The notes: generated by a model from the letters alone, not told the origin. A stretch of 64,000 bases of DNA from Deinococcales bacterium (GCA_965249745.1 OZ252252.1:4965659-5029658); one strand, 5' to 3'; positions 1 through 9,488 are shown, numbered from the stretch's first letter. Numbers and translations: made by a program.

Positions 1-744
1 GGGCGTGGCGCTGGCGCTGAGCGTGAGCTGACCGGGCGTCGTGACCGTGGACGGCGCGGCGCTCAGGTTGACAATTAGATTGGCGGGGTTCGGGGCGGTC
101 ACGGTAACGGGCTGTTCGGGACTGTCAGCGAAATTTCCGGCCGCATCAAAGGCGCGTAGCTGATACCGATGTTGCCCCACGTCCGTCAGGTCCAGGGCGC
201 GACTAAAGACATTCTGAGCCGCGTTGACCGATTGCAAGACTGTCTCCCCGTCGCGCAACTCGAGCCGCGTCACAGCGATGTTGTCCTGTGCCGCTCCAGT
301 GAGTTGCAGCGTGGCGGGCGCTTGGAGCTGCGCGGCGTTGACGCTCAGGGTGACGGCGGTCGGGGCTTGGGTGTCGCCGTTACCGCTCGCGCTCACGGTC
401 ACGGTTTCCTCGGGGCTTTCGGCGAAATTCCCGGCGGCATCGGTGGCCCGTGAGCGGTAACGGTGGGAACCAATGTCTTTGGATAGGAACGTCAGCTCGA
501 AGGTCGTCTGCGCGGCATTGACCGATTTCAAGACCGCGCTCCCCTCCAACAACTCGAGGGTCGTGACCCCGGTGTCGTCCTGGGCGGAGGCGGTGAGCTT
601 CAAGGTGGCCGATACGGCAAGCTGGGTGGCGTTCGGGATCAGCCGCACGTCACTGGGCGTTTGGTGGTCGGTGACAACGACACCTGAGCCGTTCCCGCAG
701 GCGATCAGCGCCCCTAACGCCACTCCGATGATCCACGACTTCAC
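1..744 (-). CDS. Lipoprotein with tandem Ig-like repeats (3' end lies outside the window)
   Basis: Own minus-strand translation from GTG at 744-742 (alternative GTG at 753-751): VKSWIIGVALGALIACGNG, with lipobox LIAC. Two ~96-aa repeats are visible: TLKLTASAQDDTGVTTLELLEG...ATDAAGNFAESPEETVTV and TLQLTGAAQDNIAVTRLELRDG...AFDAAGNFADSPEQPVTV. The frame stays open to position 1. It is absent from the ORF track because no stop lies in the window. Confidence 0.7.
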   Translation of the reverse strand, partial: MKSWIIGVALGALIACGNGSGVVVTDHQTPSDVRLIPNATQLAVSATLKLTASAQDDTGVTTLELLEGSAVLKSVNAAQTTFELTFLSKDIGSHRYRSRATDAAGNFAESPEETVTVSASGNGDTQAPTAVTLSVNAAQLQAPATLQLTGAAQDNIAVTRLELRDGETVLQSVNAAQNVFSRALDLTDVGQHRYQLRAFDAAGNFADSPEQPVTVTAPNPANLIVNLSAAPSTVTTPGQLTLSASATP

Positions 745-819
745 GGTCGCCACTATACCCGTGAGCGCCTATCCCTTTCCATGTCAGGGCAGAGGATTTC
801 TTCAAAAAACGAAGCCTGT

Positions 820-2757
820 TTAGCCGACGGCTCCCATCGTCTCGAGGCGCGGCGGTGAGACGGGGAACTGGGGTTCCAGCGGGTAGGCCTGAACCTGTTG
901 ACCGTCGGTCGCCAGACTGTAGGCGGACAGCTCGAGTTCCAGGATGCCCTGTTCCAGACGGCTGTGCAGGTGCAGCATCGCGTTGCGGGGCAACACGAAC
1001 CAGTGCTCGAAGCGTTCCGGGGTCGGCAGCAGCGGACGACCGTGCAGCAGGACCGGATGCTCTATGGAGACGAACCGCAGGGCTTCCGGCGAACCGAAGA
1101 CCCCGACCCCGAGCGGCATGGCGTCCCCGGAGAGGCCAAACCCGAAGATGTTTTCCAGGGCCGCCCGGCCGCTCAAACGCACCAGGGTCGTTTCGTCCAG
1201 GGCTGAAAAGACGATGCCGCTGGCCTCGGCGCTGCCACTCGTGCGGGCCACAGTGATCGTGCCGTGCTCGTGGGAAACCCCCTCGCCGTAGCGCAGGGAT
1301 TCCAGCAGGGCGTGTTCGCGGTTGCTGACCCAATGCGTTTCCAACGGTGGCGCGGGCAGGCTGGGCAGGTCGTAAAAGCTGTCTCGAGTGGCCGGGACTT
1401 GCAATTCCAGGTGCTGCCACTCCAAAAGAATCAGTTGCTGCTCAGGATTCAGGCATTCCAGCAGATGACCCCAGTTGACGCGCTCGGTGGCCAGCATTCG
1501 GTGATACGCCTCCTGGATGGCGTCGCCCTGTTCCAGGAAGTACTGCGCGGCCCGGCCGTGGGTTCTGACGCGTCGCCCAGGTTGCAGTCCCTCGTGCAAC
1601 ACGCGGCGCACTGACTCGTGGCTGAAATGCCAGTTGGTCGTGTACGAGAACCAGCCGCGCCGCTCGAATTCCTCTAAATGCGCCTCCGCCCCGAGCGCCT
1701 GGGCCAGACCCTCAGCGATATTGCCGGGCTGCACGGCCAGCTTTTCCAGTGCGATCCGGGCATCTAGGGACAGGTACCGCATCTCGAGTTGCAGTTTGCT
1801 GAGCGTCTTGGCGGGCGGTGGCCCGAGTTGCCCGAGTTCCAGCGGTTGCGGGTCGCCCGCCTGCAAGCGTTCACGCAGGTGAGCAGGTACGCCTTGACTG
1901 GCGATGTACAACCGCGCCGCGCGGTTGAAACGCTGATTGGCCAGCACGCCCTGGCGGACCTCTTTCCAGGTCAGCGGCGGCAGGCTGAGTTTGACAATGC
2001 GGTCGCTCGGGAGGATTTCCTCTATTTCTAAGAGCAGACGCGGCGTTTCCCCGAAGGCGCTCCTGGAAAACACGATTACCCCGCTGTTGTTCATGACCGC
2101 CTGACGCGCCTCTGGCGAGAACGGCGGCTTGCTGTATTTGAGCGCCAGATCTGGACCACCGAAGCCTTCCACGAACGGCAGGTTCAACTTGCGCGCCAAC
2201 CCTCGAGCGAACGAGGTGCGATCACTGCCCGGCAGACCTTGCAAGATCACCAGCCCCGGCACGCGCACCCGTCGGGCAGCACTACTGAGCAGGTCTTCAC
2301 GGTCACCCTGCTCCTGCTGATTGGGGTTGACCGCCCGTCTGCGCCACTCGAGCCAAGTTTCAAACTGTGGGCTGGCGTTTAGCATTCGTTCCAGTCCCGC
2401 GAGCGGCTCACCGGGAACACGTTCGTTTTCCAAGCGAATCTGGGCGGGTAATCGCAACGGGTTCTGGCCCCTGGGGAACGCGTTGATTTTCAAGCCAGTC
2501 AACATTTTACGCAGGTGATGCAGTTCCACCCGCAGATTCCCGTGGGGGTCATTGTTTTCCCACAAGAGTTCCGCCAACACCTGACGGTCCGCCTGGCCCT
2601 CAAACGCCAGGTAGTACAGGATCGCCAAGCTCTTTTGACGCAAGGAAAGTACGCGGTCCTTGAACTCGAGCCGGGCTGGGCCCCAGACGGGAAGGCGCAA
2701 TGACTTCAGATCGCGTGCCTGATTAGGTTTAGATGTGGTGGTTGATGGGTTTTGCAC
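820..2757 (-). CDS. Transcriptional regulator: N-terminal winged-helix (SARP/OmpR-like) domain plus degenerate P-loop domain
   Basis: 645-aa ORF. The N-terminus LRLPVWGPARLEFKDRVLSLRQKSLAILYYLAFEG...LLWENNDPHGNLRVELHHLRKML resembles SARP/BTAD-type wHTH activators. A Walker-A-like stretch VILQGLPGSDRTSF lacks the canonical lysine. The gene is divergent from the 3144-9414 operon. Confidence 0.6.
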   Translation of the reverse strand: MQNPSTTTSKPNQARDLKSLRLPVWGPARLEFKDRVLSLRQKSLAILYYLAFEGQADRQVLAELLWENNDPHGNLRVELHHLRKMLTGLKINAFPRGQNPLRLPAQIRLENERVPGEPLAGLERMLNASPQFETWLEWRRRAVNPNQQEQGDREDLLSSAARRVRVPGLVILQGLPGSDRTSFARGLARKLNLPFVEGFGGPDLALKYSKPPFSPEARQAVMNNSGVIVFSRSAFGETPRLLLEIEEILPSDRIVKLSLPPLTWKEVRQGVLANQRFNRAARLYIASQGVPAHLRERLQAGDPQPLELGQLGPPPAKTLSKLQLEMRYLSLDARIALEKLAVQPGNIAEGLAQALGAEAHLEEFERRGWFSYTTNWHFSHESVRRVLHEGLQPGRRVRTHGRAAQYFLEQGDAIQEAYHRMLATERVNWGHLLECLNPEQQLILLEWQHLELQVPATRDSFYDLPSLPAPPLETHWVSNREHALLESLRYGEGVSHEHGTITVARTSGSAEASGIVFSALDETTLVRLSGRAALENIFGFGLSGDAMPLGVGVFGSPEALRFVSIEHPVLLHGRPLLPTPERFEHWFVLPRNAMLHLHSRLEQGILELELSAYSLATDGQQVQAYPLEPQFPVSPPRLETMGAVG

Positions 2758-2907
2758 GGACTTCTCCGAGAGCAGGATAAAGGAAGGGTTATGTGGAATT
2801 TCTTACATCAGATCATAGAACCCGAATCCGGAAACGGATGTTCAAACTCAATTCCCCATGTGTGAGACGAAGGGAACCGATGGCTTCACGAGATTCAAAT
2901 GTATACC

Positions 2908-2948
2908 TCATGAATAAGAACGTTAAGCCTTCATGAACTGGTCATGAA
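2908..2948. promoter_or_regulatory. Three TCATGAA repeats in an AT-rich divergent control region (candidate operator)
   Basis: TCATGAA occurs at 2908-2914, 2931-2937 and 2942-2948, with spacings of 23 and 11 bp. Each copy contains the palindrome TCATGA, and the middle copy is TTCATGAA. They lie in the 386-bp low-GC gap between the divergent regulator and the secreted-protein operon. Confidence 0.4.
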
Positions 2949-3143
2949 TTTCTTGAATTCTAGGATTTCATAGGCTCTCATGTCCCGTTCTCCACAGTGA
3001 AAACGGGCTTCACGCCGGTTTTATGGCGCTCTCAGTAACCTCATGTCAGCCGCGAAACGTTGAACGCGTTTCGTGCTAGGTGTCGGTTCCAGAGACGCCT
3101 CTGGACAGTTCAAAGCCCTTTTGTGGAGTTACGGAGGAATGCT

Positions 3144-4064
3144 ATGAAGATTCACATGTTGGCAATCGCTGCGGGTGCAGTACTGATGGGTGCGACCGCC
3201 TTCGCACAAGCCGACCCGACCGTCATCAGCCCGACCACGGGCAGCGGCAAGGACGCCTTCGCCAAGAACACGACGGATAACTCCGCCAGCGTTCAACAGA
3301 CGATCACGCTGAAACTCCCCAAGGCGACCGCGCTCCACTTGGACGTGACCAGCCTGATCTTCGATCTGACCGATCTGGACGGCGCTCAGTGGGCCGCCCG
3401 CGCCGCCTCCGCCAGCCCAGTTGATTTCGGTGGCAAGATGGTCTGCGTCTACGGCTTTAGCGACACCGACGGCATCACCCCGTTGGATGGCAACTTCTAC
3501 AACCAGAAGCAGTACCTGCCGCTCGGCACGAGCTACAGCGCCGCTGGCTGGCCCAACGTCAAGGTCAACGGTAACGGCGTCGTCAACACCTACCCGCCCA
3601 TCCGCATCGGCGCGAACGGCGAGCTGGTCGAAGGCTCCAAGAACTACTTCGTCTGCTACCGCACCTTCAAGCTCCAGAAGTTCAGCAACGGCACGAGCTG
3701 GGACCTGACGGTTTCCCGCGTTGACAACCCCGCCACCAACCCACGCTCCATCAAGAACATTTACATGCAGGACAACCCCTGCGACACCTTCGGCGCTCCG
3801 ACCGGCCTGTACAAGCTCGGCGCTTCCGAAGCCCAGGGTCAGCCGCTGCACTTGGTCCCCCGCAACCTGAACTTCGGACCAACCGGCAGCCGCACCCCAA
3901 CCAACCGTGCCAACTGCGGTTACAAGAGCTGGTTGGATGACCTGATCATCGTGGCGCTGCCAGTGGACGGCGAACTCAACGGCGAGAACACCGCGCAGTT
4001 GCAGTACACGCTGACCACAACCGCCTGGGAACCAGTCGCCGAAGTTGCTTCCGGCAAGAAGTAA
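3144..4064 (+). CDS. Secreted protein of unknown function (first gene of the envelope operon)
   Basis: ATG at 3144 is preceded by GGAGG (3133-3137). Signal peptide MKIHMLAIAAGAVLMGATAFAQA. I recognise no motif. The track's upstream start at 3060 adds a non-signal extension. Confidence 0.75.
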   Translation: MKIHMLAIAAGAVLMGATAFAQADPTVISPTTGSGKDAFAKNTTDNSASVQQTITLKLPKATALHLDVTSLIFDLTDLDGAQWAARAASASPVDFGGKMVCVYGFSDTDGITPLDGNFYNQKQYLPLGTSYSAAGWPNVKVNGNGVVNTYPPIRIGANGELVEGSKNYFVCYRTFKLQKFSNGTSWDLTVSRVDNPATNPRSIKNIYMQDNPCDTFGAPTGLYKLGASEAQGQPLHLVPRNLNFGPTGSRTPTNRANCGYKSWLDDLIIVALPVDGELNGENTAQLQYTLTTTAWEPVAEVASGKK

Positions 4065-4072
4065 GCCCTTCA

Positions 4073-4101
4073 GGGGACTCGAGGGTTCTCCTCGAGTCCC
4101 C
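4073..4101 (+). terminator. Rho-independent terminator hairpin built from two CTCGAG copies
   Basis: GGGGACTCGAGG (4073-4084), loop GTTCT, then CCTCGAGTCCCC (4090-4101), a perfect 12-bp stem followed by the T-rich run TTCTCTTT. It starts 9 nt after the stop at 4064. Confidence 0.8.
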
Positions 4102-4163
4102 TTCTCTTTAGCTATGATTCATAAAAGAATTTATAAAACATTGGAATTACAAATTTGCTCTAC

Positions 4164-5001
4164 GATGAAGGTCACCATGAACAAAATTCTCAAACTCTTA
4201 ATAGGCACGATGCTAGCTGGAGCCGGACTCTTCGGTTCAGGCGCGCTGGCACAAACCACCCTCGGCGTGGAACCGCCTGTAGCTCTACACGATGGTGTTC
4301 CGGGGCAGATCATCACGCTCAACATCAAGGTCGGTAACCCCAGTCCCAAACCAGTCCGCGTCCGTGTCAGCTTGGGCGACTGGAATTACACGCAGCTTGG
4401 TGAGTTGCAGTACTTCCCAACTGGAAAATTGGCGCAAAGTGCCTCCACTTGGGCTAAAGTTTCCGATTCAGTGCTCGAGGTGGCCGGGAAGGATGTTGGC
4501 ACGGTTCGCTACACGATCACCGTCCCGAAAGACGCGACACCGGGCAGTCACTGGGGCATGATCTTTTTCACCGGAGAGGCGGATAACACCGCGCCCGGCG
4601 GTGTCAACACCTCGATGAGCCTGCGAGTCGCGCACACCTTTTACGTCAACGTTCCACCGACGAAAGCGAGCGGTAAGATCACCGGCATTTTCGGCAAGCC
4701 CGGTCAGAACCCGAGTAAGAATTTCGCCTTCGCAGTGCAGTACCTGAACACCGGTAACATCGCGCAGATTTTAGAGGGACGTATCGAAGTCCGTGACCGC
4801 AGCGGCACGGTCGTCACGGCCGCCGCCTTCCGCAAACAAGTGGTGCTGCCCGCCGCGACTCGAGTCATGCAATCCACGCTGAACGGACCGCTCCCAGCCG
4901 GGGATTACACGGCGCTCATTATCTTAAACTACGGCGATAAGAACCGCGATGTCGCGGGCGAGTACAACTTCACCCTCAAGGTTCCGCTCGAGGAACCCTG
5001 A
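4164..5001 (+). CDS. Secreted Ig-fold protein, possibly chaperone-like (PapD-like or DUF916-like resemblance is weak)
   Basis: Signal peptide MKVTMNKILKLLIGTMLAGAGLFGSGALAQ (alternative ATG at 4176). The beta-rich pattern PGQIITLNIKVGNPSPKPVRVRVSLGDW...VGTVRYTITVPKDATPGSHWGMIFF is typical of Ig-like surface or periplasmic modules. Confidence 0.6.
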
Positions 5002-5069
5002 GCGCAGTTCAAACGAACTGTGAACACGAACCCCTCGAGCAGTTCAAAACGCTCGAGAAGGAGGCTGCT

Positions 5070-5570
5070 GTGCGACGAACTCTGGTGATGGTACTGCTCT
5101 TGATTTGCACCGCCAGCGCCCAGTCCACCTGGTCGCGCCAACTGTTGTTCCAGGGAACGACGGGTCTGATCGAGGCCCGCACCCCGACCAACAGCGTGCT
5201 GTTCACGTTTGAAAAGGATTACCCTCCGGCCCAGTTCCCGGCGCGTTACCCGGCGACCACGCCGACGGACGGCATCCTGCCGTTTCAGATGCACGCAACC
5301 GTGGGCGGCGTCTGGAATCTGCTGCTGGAAATCGCGGACTTGCGCGACGGTAGCGGCCGTCTGCTGGTTCCCGCCCGGCAAATCATGGTGCGCGTCAACA
5401 ACGGCCCGTGGCTGCGCGGCAACGGTGCGCCACAAATTATTTTTACCAGGAACGGCAGCACGCGGGACTGGGAAAATTTGAAGATTGAGTTCGCCATAGA
5501 ACTGCTTGGAAACGAAGTCGCTGGTATGTACGCCGTGCAAACCTATTTCAGCGCCCTCGTGCAACCCTGA
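5070..5570 (+). CDS. Small secreted protein, possible fibre or pilin-like subunit
   Basis: GTG start preceded by GAAGGAGG. Signal peptide MRRTLVMVLLLICTASAQ. The C-terminal beta-strand motif AGMYAVQTYFSAL resembles fimbrial-subunit C-termini; this is a weak call. Confidence 0.55.
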   Translation: MRRTLVMVLLLICTASAQSTWSRQLLFQGTTGLIEARTPTNSVLFTFEKDYPPAQFPARYPATTPTDGILPFQMHATVGGVWNLLLEIADLRDGSGRLLVPARQIMVRVNNGPWLRGNGAPQIIFTRNGSTRDWENLKIEFAIELLGNEVAGMYAVQTYFSALVQP

Positions 5571-5571
5571 C

Positions 5572-8500
5572 ATGTTGCTGCTCGCGCCAGTTCTGGTCTG
5601 GCTGGCGGCGACGCTCGGCAGTATCGGCCTTCCAAACACCGTCTATCAGGCGGCCAACGACCTGAAGATTGAGTCTCCAACTCAGCAATCCGCCAAGCCC
5701 GGCGATTACGTGACGCTGGGCTTCAATGTCTCCGGCACGGGAACGTACACCTTTCAACTCGAGGCTCCCGAGGGCTGGGAGCCGCTCTCTAACAACAAGT
5801 CGCTAACGCTAGACGGGCCGCGCAGCGTGGCGTTCTCATTGCGAGTTCCCCTGGAGGCATTGGCGGATCAGACGGCCGTGTTCACCTTGAAAGCCGTGCA
5901 GGGAGAACGAGTCGTCGCCTCTATCACCGGCAGCATCCGCGTGCTGGCGGTTGGCGGAGTTCGGATGCGGGCCCCGGACGAAGTACGCACCCGGCCGGGC
6001 GACGCGGCCCAATTTGAACTGTTCGTGACCAACACCGGGAACCGTGCCGACACCTTCCGGCTGTCGCCGCAACGCTCCATCTGGCGCGTCAACCTCGAGC
6101 CGCAAGCCTTCGCGCTGAATGTCGGCGAGACGCGTACCGTCAAGGTCACGCTGGTTCCGCAAGGGCAGATTTCCAGCGGGTACATTTACGTCCTGCGCCT
6201 GCGTGGAGAGTCCAGCCTATCGTCTGATGCCGTGAGTGAGATTCAAGTGCTGTTCCGATTCGGGAAGAACGGCAGTGAGCGTAGCAGCACCACGGAACTC
6301 GAGACCGAACTGAATGTTAGGTTCAGTGTTACCCCCAGCGTCACGCTGCCGCCGTATGAGGCACCCGTGTTTGGTCTCAACATCGGAGTCTCGCCGGGGT
6401 TGAGCGGGCAACTCTCGGATTTCGTGACCGGCACGCTGGATACCTCCGGCTCAGGTTTCGGCTTGGATTTGCAGTCTGGCTTCAGCTTGCCGAGCGGCTT
6501 CAATCTAGGCTTGCGGTCGGTCAACTGGGACGCGGCGCTGCGTTTCTCCGGGAATGACACGGAGCTGAGCATCAGTTACGCCTGGAAGGACTGGCTGCTG
6601 GGCGGCAGCGTTGGGTACAGTCAAGCCAGCGGCGCTCAACGCCTGCGGTTCGGTTCGACGCTGACGAGTCTGCGCGACGAATTGAACCTTCAGCTCTACG
6701 CTAGCTTCAGCGGCACCTCGGGCGCGACCGTCGGCGGTGATGGGCGTTCCGATAGCATCGGGGTCACCTACGGCTTGCCACTCAGCCAAGGGCTTTCGCT
6801 GTCGCTGGGAACTGACCTGACGGGCAGCACCACCGCCGGGAGTCCATACACCATTGGCTTGTCGCTGAACGAGTCCTTGCGCTGGCAAACCGAGGCGCTG
6901 GAAGTCTTTCAGTCGTACTCTGGGGTTCCATTCAGCGGGCAGCACGGCCTGAGCCTGTTCGCGGGCTTACGCAACACCGCTCCGTTCGGCTTGCGCGGCG
7001 GCTCGTCGCTGAGTTTCACGCTGGGCGACCCGGTGCAGTTCACGTGGCGCAACACGGTGATCGCCAACGCCTCGGTTCTCTCCGGTCTGAATTTTTTCGT
7101 CACCGGCAGCTACGGCATCGTGACCAGTCCCAGTTACCTGATTGACTGGTCGGTCGGGGCGCTCGGGAGTTACAACTTCCTAATTCCCGGCATTCTCTTC
7201 GGCGGTCTGAACGCGGCTTACACGCACACCGGGGTGATCGTCGGCAACGCCCCTGAACGCGACAGCCTGACCCTTGGCGGGCAGATCAGCAGTGGGAACT
7301 TCAGTGCCGGAGTCAACGCCGGATTCGCCGTCAGCAGCGCCACTGGCAATACCGCTCGAGTCGAAACCACGACCGCCAGCACGCAACTCAGCTACCTGTT
7401 CTCGAGCGCGACTGGCTTGTACGGGCAGTACGATTACAAGCTCGAGGTGGCCGATACCGCGCGTGAGCAGCACAGTCTGACCTTCGGCTGGGCCCAGGTC
7501 TGGAGCGCTAGCCTGTCCACCACGGTGGCGTACACCAGAACCTTGACCGCTGATTTCGTCAATCCGAACCAGCAGGGCGACGCGCTGGGCGTGGGCGTTC
7601 TGGTGCAAGACCTGTTCACCGAGGGGCTGAGCCTGTCGTTCGGCTGGCAGTGGTCGGCCGCGAACGGGTCCATCTTCGACGGCTCGGTCGCCAGTCAGCA
7701 CCGTTTCAGCCTGTCACTGGGCTTCACCGTCAACTTGCCGTTCGTGACGCCCGCTCCGATCACCGAGATCTTCGGTGGTCGTCGCAGTGGCGAAATTAGG
7801 GGGGTCGCGTACCTGGATACGAATCTGAACGGCAAGCGCGACCCTGACGAACCCGCGCTGAAAAACGTGACCTTGCGCCTAGGACGCAACGTGACCGCCA
7901 CGACCGATGCCAACGGCAATTACAGCTTGCGCGCCCCCGTCGGACAGTACAGCTTTGACTTCCCGAGCGGTCTCGAGGCGGGCCTGGATCTGATCGGCGA
8001 GCGCACCGTCAACATTGTCCTGAACCAGACCGAGACCCGCGACCTGGCCTTCGCGCCGGTGACCAGCCTCGAGGTCAGCCTGTTCGACGATGCGAACAAC
8101 AACGGCAAGCGCGATGCCAATGAGATCGGGATCGCCTACGGCGGCGTGCGCTTGGAGGGCCCGATCTCCAAGCAGGTCCGGGTGGACGGAGACGGCAACG
8201 CCACGGTCAGCGGCCTGGTCAGCGGGTTGTACACTGTCGTCCCCGATCCGCGCCAACTCCCGGAGGGGTACCGTTCCACGACCGCACCCGTGGAGGTGAC
8301 GGTGAAAACCCCAGACGCGCCAGCCCCGGTCACGGTCGGCGCGGCACTGCCGCCACGGATTCAAGAAACGACCTTCGAGGCGGGCAACCTGTCCGTGTTC
8401 GCCAACGCTGAGGACACCACGCTGCCCGCCGGGGGCGATCTCAAACTCGAGGCGTTGACGCAGGGCAAGGTGGACCGGGTGACGGCGAAACTCGGTGACC

Positions 8501-8955
8501 TAGAAATCACGCTGCTCTTACAGGATGGGCGCTACCTGGGGACGTTACGCTTGCCGAAAGACATCGGACTGGGCGGACAGACCGTGGTCGTGACCGCCTT
8601 CAGCGGCACGCAGCAGGTCAGCTTCGAGGTCTCGATCATCGTCACCAACACGCCACTGTTCAGCGCCGGAAACTACAAGGCGCAGGTCAACACGGAGATC
8701 AGCTTCGAGCTGCTGACCTTCTACAAAATCCCAGCCGGTGATCTCGAGCTGGTCTTCCCGGACGGTCAACGCCTGAAGCTCGAGACAACCGACGGCTACA
8801 CCTGGCGCGGCCGCTGGCGCGCTCCGGCCACCTCGGGCCGGATTGAGGCGCGCCTCGAGGACAAGGGAACAGTTTTAGGGACGGTCAATTTCGCCGTGGT
8901 GCTGCCCACGACGGAATTGCTCTGGCGCGGATTTTTGTCCGTGCTGGGCATCTAG
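5572..8955 (+). CDS. Large envelope protein: N-terminal Ig-like (NEW3/CARDB-like) domains, Ser/Gly-rich predicted beta-barrel, C-terminal SdrD-B/Cna-B-like repeats
   Basis: ATG at 5572 lies 2 nt after the upstream stop and gives signal-like MLLLAPVLVWLAATLGSIG. PGDYVTLGFNVSGTGTYTFQLEAPEGWEPLS and FELFVTNTGNRADTFRL are NEW3/CARDB-like. The middle ~470 aa show an alternating S/G/L pattern ending in FSLSLGFTVNLPF. GVAYLDTNLNGKRDPDEP...TTDANGNYSL and SLFDDANNNGKRDANE are SdrD-B-like. Confidence 0.7.
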   Translation: MLLLAPVLVWLAATLGSIGLPNTVYQAANDLKIESPTQQSAKPGDYVTLGFNVSGTGTYTFQLEAPEGWEPLSNNKSLTLDGPRSVAFSLRVPLEALADQTAVFTLKAVQGERVVASITGSIRVLAVGGVRMRAPDEVRTRPGDAAQFELFVTNTGNRADTFRLSPQRSIWRVNLEPQAFALNVGETRTVKVTLVPQGQISSGYIYVLRLRGESSLSSDAVSEIQVLFRFGKNGSERSSTTELETELNVRFSVTPSVTLPPYEAPVFGLNIGVSPGLSGQLSDFVTGTLDTSGSGFGLDLQSGFSLPSGFNLGLRSVNWDAALRFSGNDTELSISYAWKDWLLGGSVGYSQASGAQRLRFGSTLTSLRDELNLQLYASFSGTSGATVGGDGRSDSIGVTYGLPLSQGLSLSLGTDLTGSTTAGSPYTIGLSLNESLRWQTEALEVFQSYSGVPFSGQHGLSLFAGLRNTAPFGLRGGSSLSFTLGDPVQFTWRNTVIANASVLSGLNFFVTGSYGIVTSPSYLIDWSVGALGSYNFLIPGILFGGLNAAYTHTGVIVGNAPERDSLTLGGQISSGNFSAGVNAGFAVSSATGNTARVETTTASTQLSYLFSSATGLYGQYDYKLEVADTAREQHSLTFGWAQVWSASLSTTVAYTRTLTADFVNPNQQGDALGVGVLVQDLFTEGLSLSFGWQWSAANGSIFDGSVASQHRFSLSLGFTVNLPFVTPAPITEIFGGRRSGEIRGVAYLDTNLNGKRDPDEPALKNVTLRLGRNVTATTDANGNYSLRAPVGQYSFDFPSGLEAGLDLIGERTVNIVLNQTETRDLAFAPVTSLEVSLFDDANNNGKRDANEIGIAYGGVRLEGPISKQVRVDGDGNATVSGLVSGLYTVVPDPRQLPEGYRSTTAPVEVTVKTPDAPAPVTVGAALPPRIQETTFEAGNLSVFANAEDTTLPAGGDLKLEALTQGKVDRVTAKLGDLEITLLLQDGRYLGTLRLPKDIGLGGQTVVVTAFSGTQQVSFEVSIIVTNTPLFSAGNYKAQVNTEISFELLTFYKIPAGDLELVFPDGQRLKLETTDGYTWRGRWRAPATSGRIEARLEDKGTVLGTVNFAVVLPTTELLWRGFLSVLGI

Positions 8956-8973
8956 ACGCAGCAAGGAGGCCGT

Positions 8974-9414
8974 ATGAAGCAGTTCGTGGTGTTGGGTTTG
9001 GCAATGGCGGCGCTGCTGGTGGCGTGTCCGGGCCAGTCAGTGTCCGGGGGACGAGCCAAGGTGCTCTCGAGTGTTTCGCAACCGGATCTCAATACCTGCC
9101 CGGTGATTCGTGGGCAGTACATCGCCATCAAGGGCGAGAACTTCGGCACAGCCGCCGACTGGACGAGCGGACAGAACAAGCTGATTTTCAACAGTGAAGT
9201 CAGCGTCAGCTCGCCCGATGTGGAATTGACCCAGGTGGGAAGCCCGGCCACGCTTCTCGTGAAGGTTCCAGCCGCCGCCGTGACCGGCCCGCTCGTGGTC
9301 GAGGTGGCTGGGGTTCGCAGCGACCCGATCAACGTCACTGTCAACGACTTTACACCCAACAGCCCCGTCGGTGAGTGCCGCTATCCCGCCTCACCGACCC
9401 CCTCGAGCCGCTGA
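8974..9414 (+). CDS. Lipoprotein with IPT/TIG-like Ig domain
   Basis: RBS AAGGAGG upstream. MKQFVVLGLAMAALLVACPG carries a lipobox. IRGQYIAIKGENFG...VTGPLVVEVAGVRSDPINVTV is IPT/TIG-like. Confidence 0.7.
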   Translation: MKQFVVLGLAMAALLVACPGQSVSGGRAKVLSSVSQPDLNTCPVIRGQYIAIKGENFGTAADWTSGQNKLIFNSEVSVSSPDVELTQVGSPATLLVKVPAAAVTGPLVVEVAGVRSDPINVTVNDFTPNSPVGECRYPASPTPSSR

Positions 9415-9434
9415 CGCAGCCGCTAGCAAGCCAT

Positions 9435-9488
9435 TCTCGAGAGGTATCGAAAAGTCGCCCGTGCCATGAGCGACCTTACCTCTCGAGA
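9435..9488 (+). terminator. Long nested hairpin downstream of the operon, with arms containing CTCGAG
   Basis: TCTCGAGAGGTA (9435-9446) and TACCTCTCGAGA (9477-9488) form a perfect 12-bp inverted repeat. An inner GTCGC/GCGAC pair lies in the 30-nt spacer. Confidence 0.5.

Noticed and set aside
650-1420. 256-aa minus-strand ORF, plus several 100-130-aa plus-strand ORFs (855..1256, 898..1206, 944..1291), overlapping the regulator gene
   Set aside because: They are Arg/Pro/Gly/Ala-rich translations typical of off-frame or antisense ORFs in high-GC DNA. The 645-aa frame has coherent domain motifs.
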